Made by a program: the position numbers and the translations under genes. Below are positions 8,571 through 16,956 of a stretch of 64,000 bases of DNA, in pieces. The notes under the pieces are model-generated. The model saw only the letters and a program-made list of their open reading frames with translations. It searched no databases and was not told the DNA's origin. The DNA is from Dehalococcoidia bacterium (GTDB lineage Bacteria; Chloroflexota; Dehalococcoidia; Lucifugimonadales; UBA3495): contig OZ244136.1 in NCBI GenBank assembly GCA_965215975.1, positions 2,965,281 to 3,029,280 of the forward strand, read 5' to 3'. Numbering within the stretch: the stretch's first letter is position 1; the number at the start of each line of letters is the position of its first letter.

Positions 8571-10583
8571 ATGTCAGTAGGCAGGCTGGAAATTACCTCC
8601 CGGAAACCTTTTGCCAATGGGGAATCGTTTGGCGACGTGGGACCTTATGAACAACTGGACGGCACCGTATATTTTACCGTTGACCCGGTTAATCCGGTTA
8701 ACGAAAGGGTTGCGGACCTCAGACTGGCGCCCCGAAGCAACACGGGGGAAATCCATTTCTATTCGGATTTTCGCATCCTGAAGCCGGTCGACCAGGAAAA
8801 AGGCAACGGCAGGCTTTTCTTCGACATACTCAATCGTGGTCGTGGCCCCTGTCTGCGGAACTTCAACAATGCTCCGGATCTGGCCCCCGACGAGCCCTTG
8901 CAGGCTGGCAACGGGTTCTTGATGCGCCAGGGTTATACCGTGGCTTGGTGCGGTTGGCAGCACGATGCCCCTGACGTGCCGGGAGTCCTTCGCCTCTACC
9001 CTCCGGAAGCACGGAATCCCGATGGCAGCAGGATCACTGGCAAGCTGGTCGTTACCTTTGTTCCCAACGAGCCAATAAAGCAACAGTTCTTGTCAGACCG
9101 CAATCACCGCCCTTATCCCGCAAACAACCTGGAGGACTGGGATTCGGTGATGACTGTCCAGGAGAGTGAGGATGGGCCAGAGCAGGTCATTCCCAGGGAG
9201 GAATGGAGATTTGCCCGTGAGGGCAATGGTCAGGTTGTTCCGGATGCGGGATATGTATACAAAGCTTCCGGATTCGAGCCAGGCAAAGTTTACCAGGTCA
9301 TTTATTCCACTACGGGAGCACCGATAGTGGGGACAGGCCTTCTGGCAACCAGGGAACTGGCTTCCTTCCTCCGGCATGGCGCAGAGGCCGATGGTAACCC
9401 TTGCGCCGCCAACCTGGAGTACGCTTACAGTTTTGGCTCGTCTCAGAGCGGAAGGTTTTTGAGGGACCTCCTTTACTACGGACTCAATTATGATGAACAA
9501 GGCCGCAGAGTATTCGACGGCCTTATCCCTCATGTAGCCGGAGCCAAGCATGGCGAGTTCAACCAGCGGTTCGCCCAACCTTCCAGCCAGGCCAGTCGCA
9601 GTCCCAACAATCTCTTTCCCTATAGCGATTTAGAGCAAACCGACCCGGTGACAGGTGAGACGGACGGCGTATTGGTGCGCTCCGCAGCCCAGGGCCCGCT
9701 GCCCATGATTATGTACACCTATACTTCCTCTGAGTATTGGGGCGGCGGCGGCGCATTGGTTCATATCGATTTGTCAGGGACGAAGGATATGGAGATTCCT
9801 GACGAAGTGCGCGTATATCACTTTGGCGGAGCCCAGCACCCCCTGGGCACGTCTTATCTGCGGGACAGTGATCCTGGCAACGGCAGCCGGGGTCAACAAC
9901 CCTTCAATTGCCTCGATTATCGCCCCTTGTTGCGGGCTGCCCTCTTAAACCTGGACCGCTGGGTCACCGATGGCGCCGAAGCCCCTGCCAGCCAATACCC
10001 TCGGTTGGACAATGGTACTGCGGCGGACCCTGAGAATGTTTCGGCGGCGTTAAAAAGGATTCCGGGAGTAAACACTCCGGAACCGATGCGCCGCTTTAAT
10101 CGGTTGGACTTTGGTCCCGAGCCTGGTGTCGCCACCAATGTGCCTGTGATTGTGGGTGAACCCTACCCTCTGTTAGTGCCCTCCGTTGACGAGGATTGCA
10201 ATGAGCAGGCGGGAATCCGGTTGCCGCTGGCTATGGTGCCCTTGGCTACCCACACTGGCTGGAACTTGCGCCACGCGGAAATTGGCGGTGAGGGGCAGAT
10301 TCTGTCCTCAGGAGGAGCAACGGGGGGGACCCTGGCCGGTTCTACAATTCCCTTCCCGGCAACCCGCGCTGAAAGGGAAAATTCAGGCGACCCCCGGCTT
10401 TCAATAGAGGAAAGGTACGCTTCCAGAGAAGACTATCTGGATAAAATCCGGGAATCGGCCGAAGAGTTGGCCCGGCAAGGCTACGTTCTGGGTGAAGACG
10501 TTGAACTGTTGGTCTCGCAAGCCGGAGACCACTATGACGAACTGACGGCCCGGGTTGGGCAGGCACAGGCGGCAGACAACTAG
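8571..10583 (+). CDS. Large alpha/beta-hydrolase-like protein of unknown function
   Basis: 670-aa ORF with a strong SD (AAAGGAGG) 8 nt upstream of the ATG. Nucleophile-elbow-like FGSSQSGRF. Resembles uncharacterised 'alpha/beta hydrolase domain-containing' proteins. No specific function can be assigned. Confidence 0.55.
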   Translation: MSVGRLEITSRKPFANGESFGDVGPYEQLDGTVYFTVDPVNPVNERVADLRLAPRSNTGEIHFYSDFRILKPVDQEKGNGRLFFDILNRGRGPCLRNFNNAPDLAPDEPLQAGNGFLMRQGYTVAWCGWQHDAPDVPGVLRLYPPEARNPDGSRITGKLVVTFVPNEPIKQQFLSDRNHRPYPANNLEDWDSVMTVQESEDGPEQVIPREEWRFAREGNGQVVPDAGYVYKASGFEPGKVYQVIYSTTGAPIVGTGLLATRELASFLRHGAEADGNPCAANLEYAYSFGSSQSGRFLRDLLYYGLNYDEQGRRVFDGLIPHVAGAKHGEFNQRFAQPSSQASRSPNNLFPYSDLEQTDPVTGETDGVLVRSAAQGPLPMIMYTYTSSEYWGGGGALVHIDLSGTKDMEIPDEVRVYHFGGAQHPLGTSYLRDSDPGNGSRGQQPFNCLDYRPLLRAALLNLDRWVTDGAEAPASQYPRLDNGTAADPENVSAALKRIPGVNTPEPMRRFNRLDFGPEPGVATNVPVIVGEPYPLLVPSVDEDCNEQAGIRLPLAMVPLATHTGWNLRHAEIGGEGQILSSGGATGGTLAGSTIPFPATRAERENSGDPRLSIEERYASREDYLDKIRESAEELARQGYVLGEDVELLVSQAGDHYDELTARVGQAQAADN

Positions 10584-10641
10584 GCCCCTGCCAATTCAGC
10601 TATGAAGCCCCAGGTGAGGCAGACCCGAAGCGGAGAATTCA

Positions 10642-12003
10642 ATGGATAAGACCACTAGGCTATTGAGCAGTTATTCAGCTCAGTTGACCTACGAGGACCT
10701 GGACTCGGCCACAATACACCAGGTCAAGCGCACCCTGATAGATACGTTGGGGTGCGCTATGGGCGGCTATATCTCTGAACCAGCCAAAATTGCTCGTGGC
10801 TTGGCCGGCGCCGTCACGGGAAACCCGGCGGCAAGGGTGCTGGGCACTAATGATTACAGCTCTCTGGATATGTCCGCATTTGCTAATGGATGTATGATTC
10901 GCTATCTGGACTGCAACGATTCATACTTCACTCCCGGTGGCGGCCACCCCAGCGACATGATTGCTGCAGTGTTGTCAGTAGGAGATGCGTATGACCGGGA
11001 CGGACATTCGTTAATCGCGGCTATTGCGCTGGCTTACGAGGTGTTCTGCCGACTGTCTGACCAGGTCGTTAGTGGCGACTTGGGTTGGGACCAGGGAATG
11101 TTCAGCATCGTGGGCGCGACCTGCGCGGCTGGAGCATTGATGGGCCTAAACGAGGACGAACTCGGCAATGCCATTTCTCTGGCCCTCGCTCCTAACCTGC
11201 CCCTGGGCGTCACGCGGACCGGAGAACTATCCATGTGGAAGGGTTGCGCCACAGCCAGCGCCACCCGGGCCGGCGTTTTCGCCGCCCAATTGGCCGCCGT
11301 AGGCATGTCTGGCCCAGGCGAACCCTTCGAGGGAAGGCGCGGGCTTTGGGAACAAGCAGGGGTTACTGAAAAGGTTACCCTTGACCGTTTCGGAAGCGAC
11401 GGCCAAAATTTTTTGATCAACGATTCTACGTTCAAATTTTACCCTTCTCAGATACACACGCAGGCCCCAATCGGCCTCGCGGTGGAGCTACGACCCCAGG
11501 TGGATTTGGCGGCGGTAGAGTCTATCAGTATCGCAATTTATAAGTCCGGGGTGAGCAGCCCGGCCAGTGAACCCGAAAAATGGGACCCGCAAACCAGGGA
11601 AACTGCCGATCACAGCATCCCTTTCCTGGTTGCCATGGCGCTGCAGGATGGAGCGGTTACGCCGGGGAGCTTTACACCCCGGCGCATCGCAGATCCGTCC
11701 TTGAGGGCGCTAATGGCCAAGATGACCATGAGCGAGGGTCCCGGATTCACGGAGAAATATCCGCAGCAATACAACTGCCGGATAGAGATCGAATCGTCAG
11801 ACGGGACCAGCAAGGTCGCTTCCACGTCATTTCCAAAAGGCCACAAGGAAAATGCCCTGAGTGACAGAGAAGTTGGCGAAAAGTTTTGTAACCTGGCCTC
11901 TTCTGTTCTTTCAGATCAGCAGTGCTCAGATGCGCTGGATCTCCTGTGGAACGCGGAGGACACTCCACTTCTTTCGGTGGTTCTCGACAGTTTGGTAGTA
12001 TAG
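10642..12003 (+). CDS. MmgE/PrpD family protein (2-methylcitrate dehydratase-like)
   Basis: 453 aa. N-terminal pattern typical of the family (TLIDTLGCAMGG ... RYLDCNDSY ... GHPSD). Confidence 0.85.
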   Translation: MDKTTRLLSSYSAQLTYEDLDSATIHQVKRTLIDTLGCAMGGYISEPAKIARGLAGAVTGNPAARVLGTNDYSSLDMSAFANGCMIRYLDCNDSYFTPGGGHPSDMIAAVLSVGDAYDRDGHSLIAAIALAYEVFCRLSDQVVSGDLGWDQGMFSIVGATCAAGALMGLNEDELGNAISLALAPNLPLGVTRTGELSMWKGCATASATRAGVFAAQLAAVGMSGPGEPFEGRRGLWEQAGVTEKVTLDRFGSDGQNFLINDSTFKFYPSQIHTQAPIGLAVELRPQVDLAAVESISIAIYKSGVSSPASEPEKWDPQTRETADHSIPFLVAMALQDGAVTPGSFTPRRIADPSLRALMAKMTMSEGPGFTEKYPQQYNCRIEIESSDGTSKVASTSFPKGHKENALSDREVGEKFCNLASSVLSDQQCSDALDLLWNAEDTPLLSVVLDSLVV

Positions 12004-12031
12004 TCGGCTACTTTGGAAAGGCCACGTGTCA

Positions 12032-12871
12032 ATGCCTGAATTCGCACAGTTTGATTTTCGGACCCTTTTCGCCCAGCAGATTTCCCTTCCCGACAACGAA
12101 ATGGACCTGCAAAAGGCCGCGCTTTGTCTGGCCGGTGAAGAATTTCCAGATCTGGATGTGGAAGAGTATTTGGCCCGTTTGGATAAGATAGCGGGGAGTG
12201 TCAGGTCTCAAGCTGGGACGACAGCCGATCCGGGGGACATTGCCCGCGAATTGAATCACTACCTGTTTGAAGCGGAGGGCTATTCCGGAAATTCCAGTGA
12301 TTACTACAATCGTGAAAACAGTTTTCTGAACCGTGTCATGGACACCAAGGTTGGCATTCCGATTACTCTTTCTGTCTTGTACTTGGGGGTTGCAAAACGC
12401 CTGGGTTTGAAATGCTATGGAGTAGGTATGCCCGGTCACTTTCTGGTGAATGTCCAGGAATTGGACCTCTATATGGATCCGTACCACTCTGGGCAGCTGC
12501 TTTCAGCAAGTGACTGCCGCCGCCTTGCCCAGTCCATGTTGGGTCAGGGTATAGAATGGAATGACAGTTTCCTGGCGCCAACTTCAAGCAAGATGGTGCT
12601 GGCCCGCATGCTCAACAACTTAAGGCACATCTATTCCCACGGGAGAAACCTGGACCAACTGGCTTCCGTGTTGGAACGAATGCTTTTGATTGACGAGTCC
12701 AATGGTTCCTTGTACAAAGAGTTGGCGTCCTGCCAGGTAAAGATGGGAAAGAGGGACTTGGCGATTGGGACTCTGCAATCCCTGATACGGCAGTCCAGTG
12801 ACGAGCAGGACATTGCCGCCGCCAACAGCCTAATAGATAGACTCCTCCAGGCACAGCGCCCAGAAGATTAG
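12032..12871 (+). CDS. SirB1/YchA-like protein (transglutaminase-like N-domain plus TPR-like C-domain)
   Basis: Motif FLNRVMDTKVGIPITLSVLYLGVAKRLGL...GMPGHFLV is typical of the UPF0162/SirB1 family. ATG at 12032; the in-frame GTG at 12026 is an alternative start. Confidence 0.7.
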   Translation: MPEFAQFDFRTLFAQQISLPDNEMDLQKAALCLAGEEFPDLDVEEYLARLDKIAGSVRSQAGTTADPGDIARELNHYLFEAEGYSGNSSDYYNRENSFLNRVMDTKVGIPITLSVLYLGVAKRLGLKCYGVGMPGHFLVNVQELDLYMDPYHSGQLLSASDCRRLAQSMLGQGIEWNDSFLAPTSSKMVLARMLNNLRHIYSHGRNLDQLASVLERMLLIDESNGSLYKELASCQVKMGKRDLAIGTLQSLIRQSSDEQDIAAANSLIDRLLQAQRPED

Positions 12872-12966
12872 GCCTCCGTTGTTTTCTCATTGGGCAATCC
12901 AAATGGTAACAGCTAACGTATACTTGGACGAAAGGCCTGTTGACTCCGGGCAGCGGGAGAGTAGGG

Positions 12967-13542
12967 GTGACTGAAGACCAGATCCTGGAGGACCAGGAAC
13001 TGTTGAATCGGATCGCTGCCGGTGAAAAGGACGCCTTGGAGACCATTTATGAGCGGTATTCATCGGCTGTTTTTTCGCTGGCCAGGTACATGTTGCGCTC
13101 GGAGGCCGTGGCGGAAGAGGCTACCCAGGACATTTTCCTGAAGATCTGGCTCAAGGCTGCCAGCTATAGCACTTCGCGGGGGCAGCCAAAGACCTGGATA
13201 ATGAGCGTAGCCCACCACCAAATTATTGACATTATACGGTCCAGGAAGCGGTCGGCTGCCCTGTCTGATCCTCACGAATACGAGACCCTGGACTTGCTCC
13301 CATCCGCTCAGATAGCAACCGACGAAGCAGTGGTACGGAACTTGGAAGCCGAAAGGGTTCGAGAGGCGTTGGACAAGCTTCCCCCTGCCCAGCAGGAAGT
13401 AATAGTCATGTCCTATTTCAATGGGTTGTCCCAATCTGAAATCGCGGCGAAATTGGGACAACCATTGGGTACCATCAAGACCAGAGCGCGTTTGGCTCTT
13501 CAGAAACTTAGGGAAGAACTTCGACAGAATGACGTTGAGTAA
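12967..13542 (+). CDS. ECF-type RNA polymerase sigma-70 family factor
   Basis: Region 2 (AEEATQDIFLKIW...WIMSVAHHQIID) and region 4 HTH (MSYFNGLSQSEIAAKLGQPLGTIKTRARLAL). GTG at 12967 is preceded by GGGAGAG. The ORF-track start at 12940 (TTG) is also possible. Confidence 0.85.
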   Translation: MTEDQILEDQELLNRIAAGEKDALETIYERYSSAVFSLARYMLRSEAVAEEATQDIFLKIWLKAASYSTSRGQPKTWIMSVAHHQIIDIIRSRKRSAALSDPHEYETLDLLPSAQIATDEAVVRNLEAERVREALDKLPPAQQEVIVMSYFNGLSQSEIAAKLGQPLGTIKTRARLALQKLREELRQNDVE

Positions 13543-14455
13543 CCAGCATTCTTTATATCCTTCGGAGCACCCGGAGGACTTATTTGACGCTTACGTCCTG
13601 GGCTCCCTTGAAGAGGAAGAGCGGGACTGGTTCGAGGCTCACCTGGAGTCTTGCGAGAGCTGTCTGCGGGGGCTAAAAGGCTGGGAGGAAACGTCCGCGC
13701 TCTTTGCCCAGACCGTGCCCCAATTCGCTCCTCCGGCCCAGTTGCGGGCCAGCATAATGGAGGCAGTGGAAGTCCTGCCCCGGGTGTTTTCGCCGTCTTC
13801 TACCCACACAATGTCTGGAGCTGCAAAGTCAGAGCCCGCACCACGCTTTACGCTTAGTAGCTTCGCAATGCCATTGGCGGCGACACTGGTGGTTGGTTTG
13901 CTTTCGGCTTCCCTGATTTTGAATGTGGTCACCACCAGTCGACTGAATTCTTTGGAAGAGGAACGTGCGGCTACTAACGCCAGGCTGGCCGTACTGGAAG
14001 ATGGGCAGTCGGCAGCAAGCGCCGGCATCAGGCAATTGGCTGAGGATGGGCAGTACACCAACGCGAGCTTGCAGCAGGTTATGGAAACCAGCTATCTGAT
14101 GGCCAGACCGTTTACGCAGCCACTCCTTTTGCGACCCACTGACGGCAGGAGTGACTCGGAAGGAGTTCTGCTGGTGACCGCGGATGGGCAAAAGGCAATT
14201 CTCATGCTTGCCAACATGGACCAGCCCCAGCCTCCACAGGAATACCAGGTTTGGCTGTCGAGGAACGGCCAGGAGTTGCCCGTGGGACAAATTTCGGTGG
14301 ACTCATCAGGCTGGGGAACCATGGCGCTCAATCCACCGGAAAGTCTCTACGGGTTTGACTGGATGAACCTGACAGTTGACGAACCCTTCACCGGGGATGG
14401 TAACGGCGGAGAAATGGTGTTGCAGACCAGGATAATTTCGCCAGGCGCCAGATAA
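13529..14455 (+). CDS. Anti-sigma factor: zf-HC2 N-terminus, one TM segment, RskA-like C-terminal domain
   Basis: ATG at 13529 overlaps the sigma gene stop by 14 nt. H-x3-C-x2-C motif (HLESCESC). A hydrophobic segment (FAMPLAATLVVGLLSASLILNVV). C-terminal YQVWLSRNG...PVGQISVD pattern as in anti-sigma-K (RskA) proteins. Confidence 0.8.
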   Translation: MTLSNQHSLYPSEHPEDLFDAYVLGSLEEEERDWFEAHLESCESCLRGLKGWEETSALFAQTVPQFAPPAQLRASIMEAVEVLPRVFSPSSTHTMSGAAKSEPAPRFTLSSFAMPLAATLVVGLLSASLILNVVTTSRLNSLEEERAATNARLAVLEDGQSAASAGIRQLAEDGQYTNASLQQVMETSYLMARPFTQPLLLRPTDGRSDSEGVLLVTADGQKAILMLANMDQPQPPQEYQVWLSRNGQELPVGQISVDSSGWGTMALNPPESLYGFDWMNLTVDEPFTGDGNGGEMVLQTRIISPGAR

Positions 14456-14478
14456 GCCAGTCCAGGATGGTATTTACC

Positions 14479-14643
14479 ATGCCCTCTGTAACCGAGTTTA
14501 GTTCCAGCAAGTTTCTAGGTCATCGGTCGCGAACCGGTGGTGATGACCTAACCTGTGAAATTTGCGGCACCCAAATGATCCAGCGCCAGTGCAAGATTCG
14601 CTGCCCCAATTGCGGATTTACCCGCGACTGCTCGGACCCCTAG
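14479..14643 (+). CDS. Small (54-58 aa) zinc-ribbon protein, below the 60-aa ORF-track cutoff
   Basis: Hand translation gives MPSVTEFSSSKFLGHRSRTGGDDLTCEICGTQMIQRQCKIRCPNCGFTRDCSDP*. Two CxxC pairs (CEIC, CPNC) plus extra Cys. An in-frame ATG at 14467 would add 4 residues. Confidence 0.45.
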   Translation: MPSVTEFSSSKFLGHRSRTGGDDLTCEICGTQMIQRQCKIRCPNCGFTRDCSDP

Positions 14644-14808
14644 CCATCTTTCAATTCTTGACTTCTTAAGAGACTATTTGACCTTCGCTGGCCTTTTGCT
14701 ATACTTGTGCCAAGGTTTCCGGCATGCGTGAAACAAGATTGGGAAAAGGAAGTTAGTCAAGCTTGTGGGAAAAGGAATGTTGCTGAATTCGTAAAGGAGA
14801 TATGTGCT

Positions 14809-15336
14809 ATGGGTATTAACATCAAGGGTATAGGCCATGTGGGTATCCTGGTTTCCGACTTCGAGCGTTCCTTCAAGTTTTACACCGAGGTATTGGGCCT
14901 CCAGGTAACCAATCACCGGAAGCGTCCCGACGGCAGTGAGACTGCTTTCCTCAGGTTCGACGAGACACACCATGATGTAGTTATCGCCGCTGCGCCTGCA
15001 GGAGTAGACGTCTCTGATGCAATCCCCGCCAACGCCCGGTTGGTGCAGCAAATAGCATTCCAGGTAGAGGACCGGGACGAGTTTATGAGGGCCCTCGCCC
15101 ACCTGCACACCAAGGGTGTCAAGATCCTTAACGGGCCCACCACTCACGGCATCGAGAGCGACAATAACATTTACGGCAGCGGAAGCCGGTCCTTCTACTT
15201 CAGTGACCCCGACGGCAACAGGCTGGAGATATTCACTGACGGTATGAAGGTAAGGAATGGCGAGCGATTCCCCAGCCCGGACTATCAGGAAGCTCTGGAA
15301 GACTTCATGAAGACCCAGCGGGGAGTGGGCGTCTAG
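14809..15336 (+). CDS. VOC (glyoxalase / extradiol dioxygenase) family protein
   Basis: ATG at 14809 lies 9 nt after the SD AAGGAG. IKGIGHVGILVSDFERSFKFYTEVLGLQV is a typical VOC beta-alpha-beta-beta-beta start. The longer ORF-track start at 14707 has no SD. Confidence 0.8.
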   Translation: MGINIKGIGHVGILVSDFERSFKFYTEVLGLQVTNHRKRPDGSETAFLRFDETHHDVVIAAAPAGVDVSDAIPANARLVQQIAFQVEDRDEFMRALAHLHTKGVKILNGPTTHGIESDNNIYGSGSRSFYFSDPDGNRLEIFTDGMKVRNGERFPSPDYQEALEDFMKTQRGVGV

Positions 15337-15373
15337 TTAAACGCCTCTCTGTTTAATACACGGTACTAACGAC

Positions 15374-15406
15374 GGGCCCTCGCTTAAACGAGGGCCCTAC
15401 CTTTTG
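15374..15406. terminator. Hairpin between the convergent VOC and thyX genes (possible bidirectional terminator)
   Basis: 9-bp perfect stem GGGCCCTCG/CGAGGGCCC with a 6-nt loop, then TACCTTTTG. Confidence 0.5.
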
Positions 15407-15425
15407 CCAATTTGGAGTGGTCGGG

Positions 15426-16856
15426 TTAACTATTGAAAGGCCACCACTCCGGGAACTCCCGCAGCCTTAGCCAGCGAAAGAGCTGGGGGTGTGCTTCCAC
15501 GGCCAGACGCATTGCTTCTATTACAGGTTCACGTACTGACTCGTGGGCCTGTCCTGATGACCTCAACTTGAACAGATGATAGCATTCCCGCAGGTTGATC
15601 TTGGCAAGAACTCGGCGATAGTGTCCGTGCGTTACGAGGTATTGGGCTGCCAACGGAGAATACTGTGCCACTTGCCGGTAGCCCCGTACCGAAAGGTCCA
15701 TTGCCGACTGGAACTCAGTTCCAAGTCCGGCTTTCATCAAGAGTTCAGGCACTTTGAAGCCCAAGTCAGGAGTCAAGGCCTGATGAAAATATGATTGCAT
15801 CCGGTGACGCTTGAACTCCCGATATGCCCCGTACTCCATCACGAACTCGAAGACGTAATCCACCAGTTCGAACTCCCTCAAGGGAGCATCATGGTCGCCA
15901 AGGTGGCCCATGAAGCCTTCGATCAAGCCCAATCGATCATCCTGGCTCATTTCCGTGGCCTGTAACCAAACACTCTCGTAATCCAACGACGATTGTCTGA
16001 AAAGAAGGGCTGCTGCCAACCTTTCTTCTGCAAGTGGGTCGAGTTGGACCAGCCGGACGGTGATTGACGGTGAGCCGGATGAAAGTTCATCAATCGGTAA
16101 GCCCAGCTGCCAGTCCCTTTGAAGCGACGCCTCCAGGAACTTGTTCCGGTTCGCATATTTTATGAGGGTGGGGGTAATCTGGCGTCCCTGCTCCCGCATT
16201 TGCTCCCCCAAGTCCCGCTCTTCCGACAAGCCTGATGACATCAGCTTGGATATGGCATGTTCCAGCACCCGGGCGTTTGCGGTTACGCCCACGTTGGTGA
16301 GAGTGGCCGCAGGCAAAACTGCCCGGCAACTGTCAGTGGCCATACGGCGCAAGCGCAGGTTGTAGGCTCCATCTCTCTCCTGCTCCCTTTGCGCATCGGC
16401 GCGGCGCAAATATTCCATGCAGGCGTCAAGCAGGCGATGGTAACTGTCAAATAGCCCCCTGGCCGCGGAAATGTATGCGGTGCGGGCTTGCTGGTTGCCG
16501 TCCAGCTCCGAAGGGACATGGTAGTAGTCCTGGGGCATTACCTGATAACGGGAGGACTTTTCGGTATAGGAAGCCAGTCGGTTGTCTTCGAGGGTGTCGC
16601 AGGCCATCCGGGAAATGTTCTCCACCGCCAAATGGACTACGGCGTGCTCAGCCACCGAAGCATGACCGTAACCCAGCACCCAGCGTTCGTGGAAGTCGGC
16701 TGCCTTCTCCTGGCTGACTTGGTCCGCTATCTCGTCAAAGGGCTCGGGCCTTCGGGAGGTCATGGCAAAAGCGACCGCTATTTCCTCCTCTGTCAGCTTA
16801 TGGGCATCCAGCGGGTAAACCCGAGGAGAGTATGCGGCTGCCTGCGATGAAGTCAT
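15426..16856 (-). CDS. thyX: FAD-dependent thymidylate synthase ThyX, tandem two-domain form (476 aa)
   Basis: Two ThyX-like halves. The first carries DNRLASYTEKSSRY and ...AVLPAATLTNVGVTANARVLEH. The second carries KRHRMQSYFHQ and ...INLRECYHLFKLRSSGQAHESVRE. Confidence 0.85.
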   Translation of the reverse strand: MTSSQAAAYSPRVYPLDAHKLTEEEIAVAFAMTSRRPEPFDEIADQVSQEKAADFHERWVLGYGHASVAEHAVVHLAVENISRMACDTLEDNRLASYTEKSSRYQVMPQDYYHVPSELDGNQQARTAYISAARGLFDSYHRLLDACMEYLRRADAQREQERDGAYNLRLRRMATDSCRAVLPAATLTNVGVTANARVLEHAISKLMSSGLSEERDLGEQMREQGRQITPTLIKYANRNKFLEASLQRDWQLGLPIDELSSGSPSITVRLVQLDPLAEERLAAALLFRQSSLDYESVWLQATEMSQDDRLGLIEGFMGHLGDHDAPLREFELVDYVFEFVMEYGAYREFKRHRMQSYFHQALTPDLGFKVPELLMKAGLGTEFQSAMDLSVRGYRQVAQYSPLAAQYLVTHGHYRRVLAKINLRECYHLFKLRSSGQAHESVREPVIEAMRLAVEAHPQLFRWLRLREFPEWWPFNS

Positions 16857-16956
16857 GGGACTGGTTCCTTACGGCAACTTGGGCGTGAGCGATTCGGCGG
16901 CTAGAGCATAAGCAGTGGCGCTGGAGTAAAGGCGAATTCAAAAACGCACCTGTCAA

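Noticed and set aside
12940-12966. TTG start of the sigma factor ORF as given by the ORF track
   Set aside because: There is no SD upstream of it, and the TTGACT there could equally be a -35 box. The GTG at 12967 preceded by GGGAGAG is the better start. This remains uncertain.
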